Positions 1 to 9,847 of a DNA stretch of 64,000 nt are shown here, piece after piece. Each line of letters starts with the position of its first letter. Within the stretch, counting starts at the first letter, position 1. The notes under the pieces were generated by a model. The model worked only from the letters and a program-made list of their open reading frames with translations. It did no database searches and was not told the origin of the DNA. The position numbers and the translations under genes were made by a program. The stretch lies in the NCBI GenBank assembly GCA_964410585.1, contig CAYPFW010000004.1, positions 1-64,000 of the forward strand. The letters run 5' to 3'. The stretch is from an uncultured archaeon. Lineage in GTDB: Archaea; Aenigmatarchaeota; Aenigmatarchaeia; QMZP01; JACQNV01.

Positions 1-45
1 GAGCTTCCCAAGCTTACGACGCGGGTTCAATTCCCGCCTGGCGCA
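1..45 (+). tRNA. tRNA-Gly(CCC), 5' part cut off by window edge
   Basis: Anticodon arm GAGC-TTCCCAA-GCTT, T arm GCGGG-TTCAATT-CCCGC, 3' acceptor strand CTGGCGC-A. Confidence 0.9.
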
Positions 46-78
46 TAAACTTAAATAATTTTCCCTCAATAATATTAG

Positions 79-294
79 ATGTCATGTACTGGAAGGTTAG
101 TAGAGTATAGAGGACCATCTAGTAAGTATCTAATTCGAGTCAAAAATGGCAATGGAGGATTTGTTACAGTGGCATCAAGAGGCACAATGAGACAAGTTCG
201 CTCTTACGTTGAACGGTTATTAGGTAATGATGTTCAAGCAGACGATATCCACGTTTATGAGGCTGTTAGGTGGAGTCCAGGACGTTACCTTTAA
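79..294 (+). CDS. Hypothetical small protein (71 aa)
   Basis: ORF with TATA-like CTTAAATA about 25 nt upstream; no recognised motif. Confidence 0.5.
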   Translation: MSCTGRLVEYRGPSSKYLIRVKNGNGGFVTVASRGTMRQVRSYVERLLGNDVQADDIHVYEAVRWSPGRYL

Positions 295-1804
295 TTCCGT
301 CTATTTTTATCTCCCTTTTTCCAATTCCAACTTTCCATATCGGATAGAAGAAAACAAAAAATTTTGTGACATCAGCAGGATAAACAGCCTTTACAAAATT
401 TTTCACTTGCTCTTCTGCGATTTTCGGCTTTTCACCTTTAGGCGAATTTTCCATGAGTGGTAACTGGTCATCTCTTTTTAAATCTGGGAAATCCAAATCA
501 ACCAAGGGGAAATAGATTCTTGAATTCCCTTCTTTTTTGAATGTCAAAAATTTCTTATCCTCCAATGAAGATACTGTTTTCCTTGCAGTGGATTCTGATA
601 TCTTGATTTTCAAGGCAACTTCTTCTGCCGTGAGTTTTTTTGATTTTGAGAATTGGTGCAAAGCTTTGATTTCATTTTCTTCCAAGCTCAAAAACTGGGA
701 AAGGCTTTGTTTTGTTTTCAAGCCGTTTTCTATTTCAACTAAATTCCCTTCACTATCTAAAAGAAAAGAATGAGTCTTGGGTTTTTTGTTCAGAAAGCCA
801 CCAACCACTTTTATTTCAACATTAATTAGAGGAACATATTCAAGGTCTATTGATTTTATATGCTCTTTTTCGCCAAACAAAATATGTTTTTTCTTTCTAT
901 TAGACTCTGCTATTTTTTCAGCATCCTCTTTTGTTATTTTGTTCAGCAAACCAAAAGAGCCAGATTTTTGCTGGCTTTCAACCTTAATGCTAGATTTTAT
1001 CTGCTCTATTTTTAGCTGGGATTTTTTGACCAGTTTTGGCGTAAGCCCTTTATGTTGTGTGATTCTTTGGACAGATTTCATTTTAATTTTTTCTTTTGAA
1101 ATGTTTCCCATTGCGAAAAATTCTCCAGGTTCAAGTTTCGGCAAGTCTTCTAACTCTTTCCTATTTGCGAAAAACAAATCAACAGCTTTAAGGTCATTTT
1201 CAGTTGTTAGCTTGCCTATCAATTGGTTTCCACATTGTGATAAAACATTTTTGTTAACCAGGGAAGGTCGCTGTGTTGCAACAAGCAAGCCCAAACCCCT
1301 TTTTCTTCCTCTTTTTGAAATTTCTTCTATTTCCTTTAGAGAGTCTTTACTCTGTGGGACAAACTTATCAGCTTCTTCTACAATCAAAACATATGGCTGC
1401 CTTTGCTCGCTTTCCAGTTGGTATAGTTTGCTTGAAAATTCTGTAACTAACTTCCTTTGATCCAAAACATCCGAAACATCCAAAATTATAGGCATGTTGT
1501 TGCTTATTGATTTTTCAATCAAGTCTTGCAGATTAACACCTTCTATGTTAACATCAGATTCCTGTCCTCCTACCCAAAGCACATCGAACTTTTCTTTTAG
1601 CGAAAAATACTCACCTTCTGTGTCTATTATACAGAAAGCTATGTTCTTTTCAAGAAGCTTTTCACACAAAACAGCGATCAAATAGGATTTTCCAGAACCA
1701 GATTGGCCAATTACACAAGTTCTCCCAGTAACCAATTCCTGCGCATCTATTTGAACGTCTTTATTTCCGGATTTCCCTATAAGAAGCTGGATTTTCTCGT
1801 CCAT
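266..1804 (-). CDS. HerA/DUF87-like P-loop ATPase with C-terminal winged-helix region
   Basis: Walker A GQSGSGKS, IIDTEGEY, Walker B LIVEEAD, RGRKRG, ATQRP; C-terminal TAEEVA..ISESTARKTVSSLE helix-turn-helix. Confidence 0.8.
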   Translation of the reverse strand: MDEKIQLLIGKSGNKDVQIDAQELVTGRTCVIGQSGSGKSYLIAVLCEKLLEKNIAFCIIDTEGEYFSLKEKFDVLWVGGQESDVNIEGVNLQDLIEKSISNNMPIILDVSDVLDQRKLVTEFSSKLYQLESEQRQPYVLIVEEADKFVPQSKDSLKEIEEISKRGRKRGLGLLVATQRPSLVNKNVLSQCGNQLIGKLTTENDLKAVDLFFANRKELEDLPKLEPGEFFAMGNISKEKIKMKSVQRITQHKGLTPKLVKKSQLKIEQIKSSIKVESQQKSGSFGLLNKITKEDAEKIAESNRKKKHILFGEKEHIKSIDLEYVPLINVEIKVVGGFLNKKPKTHSFLLDSEGNLVEIENGLKTKQSLSQFLSLEENEIKALHQFSKSKKLTAEEVALKIKISESTARKTVSSLEDKKFLTFKKEGNSRIYFPLVDLDFPDLKRDDQLPLMENSPKGEKPKIAEEQVKNFVKAVYPADVTKFFVFFYPIWKVGIGKREIKIDGIKGNVLDST

Positions 1805-1846
1805 ATACTATTTATTAAATCATAAAATATAAAGTATCTGATAAAA

Positions 1847-1977
1847 GGGCCTGTAGTCTAATGGTACGACCGTAGATACATTGGATCTATAGTACTATAC
1901 GTCTGGTTTACACCCAGAAGATCGGGAGATGGCTTATGTTTTCATCTGCCACCCAAATTCGATTCTCTCCGGGCCCA
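1847..1977 (+). tRNA. tRNA-Val(TAC) with two non-canonical introns (D-arm ~1870-1897, T-arm 53/54 ~1929-1957)
   Basis: GGGCCTG/CGGGCCC-A acceptor stem, TCTGG-TTTACAC-CCAGA anticodon arm; removing both hairpin inserts gives a 74-nt cloverleaf; BHB-like junctions. Confidence 0.9.
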
Positions 1978-1990
1978 TTTTTTATATTTT

Positions 1991-2569
1991 ATGCAAAACT
2001 TCTTGGATTTATTTCTCGAGTTGGGAAAACTCAAAACATTGAAAAGATCTGGATGGGTAGTTGAAGGTATAGAAAATGCCGAATCAATTGCAGAGCATTC
2101 ATTTAGAACAGCTTCGATTACCTTGATCCTAGCTTCTGAAAAGAAAGATTTAGATGTAAACAAGTGCATAAAAATGGCACTAATACATGATATAGCTGAA
2201 TCCCAAATAGGTGATGTGCTTGTTGATTGGAAAACCAAAAATCACAAAGGTAAAATGGAAAACTCTGCAAACAAATATCATGGGATAACACAGGAGGAGA
2301 AAAAGAAAATTGAAACTGAAGCAATGAAAAATTTACTGAGTTCAAATTCAACCCTCTACGGACTTTGGCTAGAACTTGAAGAGCAAAAAACAAAAGAAGC
2401 GATTTTTGCTAAAAGCGTGGATAAACTAGAAATGCTTATACAAGCATTTGAATATGAAAAATATCAGAAAAAAGATCTAAGTCATTGGTTTGATGATGAA
2501 AGAAATTATCCAAAAGATCCCTTTGTATTTGAAATTTTTAAGCAACTTATTTCTCTGAGAAAGGGCTGA
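1991..2569 (+). CDS. HD-domain hydrolase (YfbR/HDDC2-like 5'-deoxynucleotidase)
   Basis: LKRSGW, ESIAEHS, ALIHDIAES..GD, DKLE motifs. Confidence 0.9.
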   Translation: MQNFLDLFLELGKLKTLKRSGWVVEGIENAESIAEHSFRTASITLILASEKKDLDVNKCIKMALIHDIAESQIGDVLVDWKTKNHKGKMENSANKYHGITQEEKKKIETEAMKNLLSSNSTLYGLWLELEEQKTKEAIFAKSVDKLEMLIQAFEYEKYQKKDLSHWFDDERNYPKDPFVFEIFKQLISLRKG

Positions 2570-2999
2570 TATAAAACGATTTTTCTTTGTAGTTATTCAA
2601 AACTTTTTCGCTTGGAAAATACAAAGGAGAAGGCAAATTGTTTAAGTTGAACCACTTCCACTCTGTTATTTCATCTGGTTCCAAAACCTTTGGTTCGCCA
2701 TTGAAATTTTCAGACAAAAGTCCAACTGTAACAAAGTGCGCTGTTTCGATAATATCATTATTCACGCAAATAACCCTAGCCTCAGTCAATTCGATTCCTG
2801 TTTCTTCCTTAACCTCCCTTTTAGCCCCATGTTCAAAAGATTCACCAAAATGTAGCTTTCCTCCAGGCATTGTCCATTTTCCAGCACCGTTCAACAAACT
2901 CGACGCCTTTTCAGGGTCTGGATGTCTTCTTCCCAAAAGAATTTTTCCATCTTTCAAAAGCATTACACCAAAGCCAACACCAATTTTTTGCTCAGACAT
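2547..2999 (-). CDS. NUDIX hydrolase
   Basis: Nudix box GGKLHFGESFEHGAKREVKEETG. Confidence 0.9.
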   Translation of the reverse strand: MSEQKIGVGFGVMLLKDGKILLGRRHPDPEKASSLLNGAGKWTMPGGKLHFGESFEHGAKREVKEETGIELTEARVICVNNDIIETAHFVTVGLLSENFNGEPKVLEPDEITEWKWFNLNNLPSPLYFPSEKVLNNYKEKSFYISPFSEK

Positions 3000-3035
3000 A
3001 TAGCAATATAAAACAACTTAATTAATAAGCCATAT

Positions 3036-3144
3036 GGGCTGATGGCGCAATGGTAGCGCACTTGGCTGGCAGTCAAGGGGCTACGGGTTCGAATGCTCTG
3101 CTTCGCAGGCATATTCAGCAGAGCCGAATATCCCGTTCAGTCCA
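3036..3144 (+). tRNA. tRNA-Ala(GGC) with 37-nt T-loop intron (59/60, 3094-3130)
   Basis: CTTGG-CTGGCAG-TCAAG anticodon arm; strict BHB (TTCG/CGAA central helix, two 3-nt bulges); mature 72 nt. Confidence 0.92.
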
Positions 3145-3182
3145 CTTGTTTTATATACATCAAAAATCAAACTAACAAAACT

Positions 3183-3908
3183 ATGACAAAAATCCTATAT
3201 GCAACAGACATACACGGCGACACAGATGCCTTTGAAAGACTTTTAGACAAAGCCCTGAAGAAAAAAGTTGCAGGCGTCATAATTGGCGGTGATCTAAATA
3301 GCCACATGACACTGTGCACTGTGAACAGCATAGAAATACAAAGGGCTTTTTTTGAACACTACCTTATTCCTCTACTCGAAGGTTTTAGAAAAAAAACTTC
3401 AATACCTGTCTTTATTATGATGGGTAACGATGACCACAGCATAAATATGGATATTTTGGAAAAGGCAGACAAAAAAGGCACAGTTACACTGATACACAAC
3501 AAAGTTTGCGAATTTGGTAAAACAAAAATAGTTGGCTACTCAAACATAAACCCATCTGACTGGCTAATTTTTCCAATAAACGATTGGGTAAAAGAAGAGA
3601 GCAAAATGAAAAAGGATTTGGATAAACTTACAGCTGATTTAGATTCTAATTTTGTTTTAGTTGCACACCCGCCGCCAATAAACACAGATTTAGATGTCCA
3701 TTATATGGGGATAAACGTTGGAAGCGAAGCTGTGAGAAAAATAATTGAAGAAAAAAAACCACTTCTATCTTTGCATGGACACATCCACGAATCACCAATG
3801 ATGACTGGAGCTCTTATTGATAAAATTGGAAAAACAGTTTGTGTGAATCCGGGAAATGCAAAAATTGTTTTAATTGATTTGGAGAGGGTAAAAGTTGAAA
3901 AAGTTTAA
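3183..3908 (+). CDS. Metallophosphoesterase (calcineurin-like, Icc family)
   Basis: DIHG, GGDL, GNDD, HPPP, HGHIHE; start moved to MTKILY because the longer ORF overlaps the tRNA. Confidence 0.9.
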   Translation: MTKILYATDIHGDTDAFERLLDKALKKKVAGVIIGGDLNSHMTLCTVNSIEIQRAFFEHYLIPLLEGFRKKTSIPVFIMMGNDDHSINMDILEKADKKGTVTLIHNKVCEFGKTKIVGYSNINPSDWLIFPINDWVKEESKMKKDLDKLTADLDSNFVLVAHPPPINTDLDVHYMGINVGSEAVRKIIEEKKPLLSLHGHIHESPMMTGALIDKIGKTVCVNPGNAKIVLIDLERVKVEKV

Positions 3909-3975
3909 TTTTTTAAACATTTTGATATTGGTAAATAATTATAAAGTCTTTTTCTAAACCTTAATTGGTGATTTT

Positions 3976-4515
3976 ATGGTGAAGGTTTCTGATGTGATGA
4001 AGACAGATGTTGTTTCTGCAGATCCTGAAGCGACAATAAGGACACTAACTCAAATTATGAACAATAACCAGCTTGGCTCTGTTGTTGTAAAAGATTTTGA
4101 GAAAGAAGAGCCAATGGGGATAGTTACATGGAGCACGATAATCACATTCATTGCAAATAAAGGAAATCCAGATCAAATGAAAGCGAAGAATTTGATGAAA
4201 AAGAAATTGATCACAATAGAAGAAGATAAACCTGTTTTAGAAGCATCCAGGCTTTTTGTCAAACATGATATAGACAGGATGCCAGTTGTTGATAAAAGCG
4301 GGAAATTAGTTGGGATACTTTCTTACAAAGACATTTTGGCGACAACACCCGAAATGATAAATATAATGTCTGAAAAATTGAAAGCAACAAGGATGAGACC
4401 ACCTAAATTTAATCAGACAATATCAGGCATGTGCGAAGACTGTGGAAATTATTCTAATCAACTGAAAAATATGGGAACAAGGTGGACATGCAAAGAGTGT
4501 GTCGATCAAATATGA
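3976..4515 (+). CDS. CBS-pair protein with C-terminal zinc ribbon
   Basis: Two CBS repeats; CEDC...CKEC; SD GGTGA. Confidence 0.88.
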   Translation: MVKVSDVMKTDVVSADPEATIRTLTQIMNNNQLGSVVVKDFEKEEPMGIVTWSTIITFIANKGNPDQMKAKNLMKKKLITIEEDKPVLEASRLFVKHDIDRMPVVDKSGKLVGILSYKDILATTPEMINIMSEKLKATRMRPPKFNQTISGMCEDCGNYSNQLKNMGTRWTCKECVDQI

Positions 4516-4652
4516 GAGACGACTTGTTTGAATGTCCAATTTGTTTAACTTTCTACAAAGAAGAGAAGTATGCTTTGGGATGCGAAAAGTTTTGTAAAGA
4601 ACACAGAGCTTGCAATCCTGAGATTTTAAAACACGCGGCGAGACGTCAATAA
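4512..4652 (+). CDS. Small Cys/His-rich zinc-finger-like protein (46 aa, not in ORF track)
   Basis: MRDDLFECPICLTFYKEEKYALGCEKFCKEHRACNPEILKHAARRQ; ATGA overlap with the CBS gene stop. Confidence 0.7.
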   Translation: MRDDLFECPICLTFYKEEKYALGCEKFCKEHRACNPEILKHAARRQ

Positions 4653-4657
4653 TCAAA

Positions 4658-5086
4658 TCAGCTGAAAACAAAATTTAAAATATCAACATCAACTTTTGGA
4701 AGCTTGCCCTGTTTACTCATTTGAACAGCTTCTTCAAAAGTGACCCAATTATAATCTGAAAGTTTCTTGCCCAAATTTATTTTGTCTGATTTTAGTTTAC
4801 ACAAAGAAGGAACAAGATAAAATCGAGCAATATGGTCGCCTTCATCTGCTTCGTAGGGAACTATTTTTGAAAGAGTTTTTACAATCTCTATTTCAACGCC
4901 AAGATATTCAATCATTTTCTTTTTGAGAGACTCATCATAAGAAAGGTTTTCGTGCAAAAGCCCGCCTGGAAGTTCCCATTTATCTTTGCAAGCTTCAAAA
5001 CTAGATTCTCTCTTTAGCACAAGCAAAACTTTGTTTATGTTTTTGAATACGCCAATTGGCACAAAAAATTCTTTTACAGGTTTCAT
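4658..5086 (-). CDS. NUDIX-fold protein with degenerate Nudix box
   Basis: KWELPGG..ENLSYDESLKKKMIEYLG. Confidence 0.75.
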   Translation of the reverse strand: MKPVKEFFVPIGVFKNINKVLLVLKRESSFEACKDKWELPGGLLHENLSYDESLKKKMIEYLGVEIEIVKTLSKIVPYEADEGDHIARFYLVPSLCKLKSDKINLGKKLSDYNWVTFEEAVQMSKQGKLPKVDVDILNFVFS

Positions 5087-5116
5087 ATTTTATTAATTGG
5101 TTTGACAATATAAATT

Positions 5117-6259
5117 ATGAGGAACAAATTTACTAAAAAACAGTGGACAATTATTGGAATACTTGTTCTTGGGCTTGCACTTTTTCTGATTCTCAAAGCC
5201 TCTTTGAATCTTATTAATATACTTTATATTCTTCCCCTAACTCTGATGTTGTTAGGTGTGATTGCTTGGAATATGCCTATTCCAAAAAGAAAATTATGGG
5301 CAATAAGCGCCTTGCTTCTTCTTGGGATTGCTGCTGTCTTCTATGTACTTGCATTTATTGATCCATATGTCAGATATGATGTGATTGAAATAGGCATTTG
5401 GTCTATTTTCACAGTTGTTGGCTTGTTATTGGTTAAACTTGATAACAAATATGGATCAAACGCAAAAAAATATAAAAAAGCTATTTTTGGCATAAGCTCT
5501 GCAATTTTGGCTCTCTTCACATTATACTCATTGCTTAATAATGTTGTATATTTTATTATAGTAGCATTGATTTTGATTCCCCTATTTTTCTATCCGACAA
5601 AAAAATTTTTACATGTAAATAGCCTTTTTTACTTTATCTCAGGGTTTTCCATTTTTTTTGTTCAAGGATTTATAGGTGTTTTCAATATAGAAAACCTAGC
5701 CTTTGCTTTTCTCTTTGTAACTTATACGCTTTCTGGCATGGCTCCAGTTGGTGCAGCTAGAAAAATCCACAAAAAGCCAAAAAGAACAAAATTAAAGTTC
5801 TATAGCTTGAAAGAAAACAAAACAGGTATTTCATTTATTTTATCCATTTGGATTATAATTGAGTTCTTCCTGGGGTTTTCAGCATTCCTTAACAAAAACT
5901 ATGCATTCTCTGACAGCATTTGGTTTTTGATGGCATCTGGTTTTTGCGCTATAATTTTTGTTCCATCAATGATTTGGTTCTATAAAAAACAATTTAATAT
6001 TGAGGTGGACAGTGAAAAAATTGTATTAATAAAATCAGGGAAAAGGGAAGAAGTTCAGTTTAAAGACTGCCAAGTTGTTAAGATCACAAGACCGAGGGAC
6101 GAGACCCAATGGTATAAGCATTCCAACCTATATCTTCGAGGAAAGAAAAATGTAGACATACAACTTTCAAACTATTCTCCAGAAGATGTAATTGTGTTGA
6201 AAAATATGTTGTACACATATACAGGGGATAAGTTTAGATATAAGGGATTTAAAAAATAA
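5117..6259 (+). CDS. Polytopic membrane protein (paralog of the next gene)
   Basis: Many hydrophobic segments plus a soluble C-terminal domain; shares YPTKKFLH, TKLKFY, LSNYS, MLYT..G.KFR with 6261..7268. Confidence 0.8.
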   Translation: MRNKFTKKQWTIIGILVLGLALFLILKASLNLINILYILPLTLMLLGVIAWNMPIPKRKLWAISALLLLGIAAVFYVLAFIDPYVRYDVIEIGIWSIFTVVGLLLVKLDNKYGSNAKKYKKAIFGISSAILALFTLYSLLNNVVYFIIVALILIPLFFYPTKKFLHVNSLFYFISGFSIFFVQGFIGVFNIENLAFAFLFVTYTLSGMAPVGAARKIHKKPKRTKLKFYSLKENKTGISFILSIWIIIEFFLGFSAFLNKNYAFSDSIWFLMASGFCAIIFVPSMIWFYKKQFNIEVDSEKIVLIKSGKREEVQFKDCQVVKITRPRDETQWYKHSNLYLRGKKNVDIQLSNYSPEDVIVLKNMLYTYTGDKFRYKGFKK

Positions 6260-6260
6260 T

Positions 6261-7268
6261 ATGAAAGGCGCCTTTACTAAAAAGATGTGGGGAGTAATCG
6301 GCATACTTGTTCTAGGACTTATTATATCGTCTATTTTAGCTGCTCTTACCAAACCTGATTTTCGGAGTATTATTCTTATTGGATTAGGCGAGGCCTCTGC
6401 ATACGCCCTTGTGCTTGTAGGAATTGGATTAATTTTTGGCTTGGCAGCTCTTATACACAAATTGGGTGTCAAAAAAGAAAAAAATGTTATATTAGTTATT
6501 GATCTTGGCTTCTTTGTTCTATTCTGCCTATACACACTGTTTAGCAGCTTTTTATATTATCCAATGGTGATACTGCTATTAATTCCGATCCTTTCATATC
6601 CAACAAAAAAATTCCTACATATAACATCAGTTTTTTATTTTATTTCTGGTTTTGCTATCATAGCTGTTCAATATGGAATAGAAAATGCTTTCAAGTGGGA
6701 CATCTTTATTTTGATGATTGTATTTTGGCTGTATGCGCTTTTACCCGCTTTCACTCTAGATGAACGAGAAAAAGAAAAAACTAATCAACAGGCCCAAAAA
6801 ACAAAATTAAAATTTTACAAACTAAAACAATCAAGATTGGGCATCTATGTAGTTCTTGGCATTTTCCTTGCCCTTGAAATATTTTTTGTATATGCATATG
6901 GAATTCCTGGACCATCACAAGATATAGCCGGACTTTTGATGCTCACTATGTTTTTCTCAGCTCTCTTTATCCCATCTCTGGTTATAATTTATAGAAAGCT
7001 TGTTGACATTGAAATAGATGCAAAAACCATCATCTTGATACAAAAAGGAACAAGGGAGAAAATAGACTTCAATAGCATAAAATCAGCCAAGATAAAAGGC
7101 GAAGTTGGGGAAGGTTTTTCACCTCTTAAGGAACCTGTCCTTGAGATTATTGGAAAGAAAAATTTTATCATCAACCTTTCTAATTATTCCAAAAAAGACT
7201 TCAAAATCCTAAAAGATATGTTATACACACATCTTGGAGAAAAATTTAGGGACAAGAAAATTGTCTGA
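6261..7268 (+). CDS. Polytopic membrane protein (paralog of the previous gene)
   Basis: Same shared motifs as 5117..6259. Confidence 0.8.
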   Translation: MKGAFTKKMWGVIGILVLGLIISSILAALTKPDFRSIILIGLGEASAYALVLVGIGLIFGLAALIHKLGVKKEKNVILVIDLGFFVLFCLYTLFSSFLYYPMVILLLIPILSYPTKKFLHITSVFYFISGFAIIAVQYGIENAFKWDIFILMIVFWLYALLPAFTLDEREKEKTNQQAQKTKLKFYKLKQSRLGIYVVLGIFLALEIFFVYAYGIPGPSQDIAGLLMLTMFFSALFIPSLVIIYRKLVDIEIDAKTIILIQKGTREKIDFNSIKSAKIKGEVGEGFSPLKEPVLEIIGKKNFIINLSNYSKKDFKILKDMLYTHLGEKFRDKKIV

Positions 7269-7296
7269 TATTTAAATTCTACAGATTAATATACAG

Positions 7297-7857
7297 ATGA
7301 TAATTGCAACTGTTGGGATGCCTGGTTCTGGAAAGTCAACTGTTTCTGAATACCTAAAAGATAAGGGATTTCAGTTCATAAAATTTGGAAGAATTACTTT
7401 AGACGAGGTAAAGAAAAGAGGTTTGGAGCCAACAGAAGAAAATGAAAGAAAGATCAGAGAAGAAATAAGACAAAAACATGGAATGGGTGCATACGCTATT
7501 TTGAGCATTCCAAAAATAGACGAGTTGAAAAAAAATAGCAACGTTGTCATTGATGGCTTGTATAGTTGGGAAGAATATTTGGAATTGAAGAAAAAATACG
7601 GCGAGGAACTCTTTGTTTTGTGTTTGTACGCACCACCGAAAACAAGATACCAGAGGCTCGCAAAAAGGCCTTCTGACTATCCAGATGTAGGAAATAGGAA
7701 GTTTGATGAGGAAACTGTGAAAAAAAGAGACCATGCAGAAATTGAAAAAATGAACAAAGGCGGACCGATTGCAATGGCTAACTACACTATTGTAAATATA
7801 AAAACAGAAAAGGATTTATTAGATGAAGTAGATAAACTTCTAAGAGAGATTTTATGA
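7297..7857 (+). CDS. Archaeal NMP-kinase-like P-loop protein (UPF0200/dephospho-CoA kinase-like)
   Basis: GMPGSGKS, VIDGLYS, RD.AE. Confidence 0.8.
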   Translation: MIIATVGMPGSGKSTVSEYLKDKGFQFIKFGRITLDEVKKRGLEPTEENERKIREEIRQKHGMGAYAILSIPKIDELKKNSNVVIDGLYSWEEYLELKKKYGEELFVLCLYAPPKTRYQRLAKRPSDYPDVGNRKFDEETVKKRDHAEIEKMNKGGPIAMANYTIVNIKTEKDLLDEVDKLLREIL

Positions 7858-8492
7858 AGTTAATTTTTTTTGGCCCACCTGGAGTTGGAAAAGGTACACA
7901 CGGAGATATTGTCAGTAAAAAGTTTAGCATACCAAAAATTTCAACAGGTGATTTGTTTAGAGAAGAAATTAAACAAGGCACAGAAACAGGGAAAAAGGCA
8001 AAAGCTTTCATTGATGCAGGAAAATATGTACCAGACGAAATAACTTTGAATATTTTGAAAGCAAGAATAGCAAAACCAGACTGCAAAAACGGCTTTATCC
8101 TAGATGGCTTTCCAAGAACAATGAACCAAGCTGAACAATTGGAAAAAATAACAAACATTGACCTTGTTTTGAGCTTTAATCTGTCAAGAGAATCTATTTT
8201 AGACAGACTTACTGGCAGATGGACTTGCAAAAACTGCCAAGCAATTTACCACGAAAAACACTTGAAACCAAAAATAGAAGGCAAATGCGATAAATGTAGC
8301 GGAGAATTGTATCAAAGAGAAGACCAGAAAAAAGAAGTAATTGAAAAAAGGCTTGAAGTTTACGAAAAAGAGACAAAACCTCTGATTGATTTCTACCAGA
8401 AGAAAGGCCTTCTAGACAATGTTTATTGTGAAGGTGAGGTCGAAGAAGTTTCAAAAAGAGTGCTTTCTGCAATTGAGAAGCACCGCAAATAA
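7854..8492 (+). CDS. adk: Adenylate kinase (bacterial type, Zn LID)
   Basis: GPPGVGKGT, ISTGDLFR, GFILDGFPRT, CKNC/CDKC lid. Confidence 0.96.
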   Translation: MKLIFFGPPGVGKGTHGDIVSKKFSIPKISTGDLFREEIKQGTETGKKAKAFIDAGKYVPDEITLNILKARIAKPDCKNGFILDGFPRTMNQAEQLEKITNIDLVLSFNLSRESILDRLTGRWTCKNCQAIYHEKHLKPKIEGKCDKCSGELYQREDQKKEVIEKRLEVYEKETKPLIDFYQKKGLLDNVYCEGEVEEVSKRVLSAIEKHRK

Positions 8493-8537
8493 TATTTATA
8501 GAGGACATCTATATTTACGGATAAGGGAGTGATTTTT

Positions 8538-9095
8538 ATGGCAATTGAAAGGACACTGGTTGTTGTGAAACCAGATGGAGTTAAAAGGAATTTGATTGGT
8601 GAAATTCTTGCTAGGTACGAAAAAACAGGGCTCAAAATAATAGCTGGAAAAATGACAAAGGTCAAAAGGTCTCTGGCAAAAAAGCATTATACAGATTCTG
8701 AAGAACAGATTGTTGGAATGGGAAACAAGACTCTATCAGCTTCAAAAGAAAACAACCTATACGATGAAATGATTAGAATATTCAAGAGCGAAGACCCAAA
8801 GGTTATAGGTAATATTTTGAGGAATGCAATGATTAAGTTTATTACATCAGGGCCTGTTTTTGCAGTTGTTTTAGAAGGCGAAAATGCAATAAAAGAAGTT
8901 AGAAGAATAACAGGATTTACAGACCCATCAAAAGCGGATAAAGGAACAGTAAGAGGGGATTTGGGAACAGATTCAATAATTGTTGCAAACAGAGGAAAAA
9001 GAGCAACAGAAAACTTAGTACATGCCTCTGGAAGTGTAGAAGAAGCTGAAAAAGAAATTGCACTTTGGTTCAAACCAAAGGAAATAGTAAAATAA
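8538..9095 (+). CDS. ndk: Nucleoside diphosphate kinase
   Basis: ERTLVVVKPDGV, GTVRGD, NLVHASGS. Confidence 0.96.
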   Translation: MAIERTLVVVKPDGVKRNLIGEILARYEKTGLKIIAGKMTKVKRSLAKKHYTDSEEQIVGMGNKTLSASKENNLYDEMIRIFKSEDPKVIGNILRNAMIKFITSGPVFAVVLEGENAIKEVRRITGFTDPSKADKGTVRGDLGTDSIIVANRGKRATENLVHASGSVEEAEKEIALWFKPKEIVK

Positions 9096-9178
9096 TCTAT
9101 GGAAGATAAGAGGAACCGGAGCCAATTGCAAAGCAGGTTACCCAGTTTAAGCCGAAGGAAGTTATTAACCACTGATAT

Positions 9179-9847
9179 ATGAAAGGCAAGCTCATTGTGA
9201 TTGAGGGGACAGATGGATCTGGAAAAGCCACACAAATTGGACTGCTTGTTGAAAGACTGAAAAAAGAAGGAAAGAAAGTTGAAATTCTTGATTTTCCTCA
9301 ATACGGAACTTGGTCTGCTGTTTTTGTTGAAAAATACTTGAGAGGGGAATTTGGAACAGCCGAAGAAGTTAACGCAAAAAAAGCCTCACTGTTCTATGCT
9401 TTAGATAGGTATGCTGCTTCCTTCAAAATTAGAAAAATGCTAGAGGAAGGTGTGTATGTCCTTTCAAACAGATACACAACATCAAACATGGGACACCAAG
9501 CAGGAAAAATAAAAGATAAAAAAGAAAGGGAGCAGTTTTTGAGCTGGCTTGAAGATTTGGAATACAATATTTTAGGCATACCGAAGCCTGACTTGGTTAT
9601 TTTTTTGCATGTGCCAGCCGACGTTGGGCAAAAATTAGTTGAAGGAAAGGGGCACAGAGACTATATTGGTGGAAATAAAAAAGACTTGCACGAGAAAGAC
9701 ATAAATCATCTTAAAGAAGCTGAATACGCTTATTTAGAAGTTGCTGAAAAATTCAGCTGGAAGAAAATAGAATGCGTGGAAGGAAGTCTGCTTTCTAAAG
9801 AAGAAATTTCAGAAAGAGTTTGGAAAGTTGTTGAAAAGTTTGTTTAA
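9179..9847 (+). CDS. tmk: Thymidylate kinase
   Basis: IVIEGTDGSGKATQ, DFPQY, NRYTTSN, PKPD. Confidence 0.92.
   Translation: MKGKLIVIEGTDGSGKATQIGLLVERLKKEGKKVEILDFPQYGTWSAVFVEKYLRGEFGTAEEVNAKKASLFYALDRYAASFKIRKMLEEGVYVLSNRYTTSNMGHQAGKIKDKKEREQFLSWLEDLEYNILGIPKPDLVIFLHVPADVGQKLVEGKGHRDYIGGNKKDLHEKDINHLKEAEYAYLEVAEKFSWKKIECVEGSLLSKEEISERVWKVVEKFV

Noticed and set aside
3093-3182. N-terminal extension of the metallophosphoesterase ORF
   Set aside because: Overlaps tRNA-Ala; true start most likely at 3183
9096-9182. 27-codon ORF and an FKPKEV echo of the ndk C-terminus between ndk and tmk
   Set aside because: Too short, no SD, and the similarity is compatible with chance or a decayed duplication
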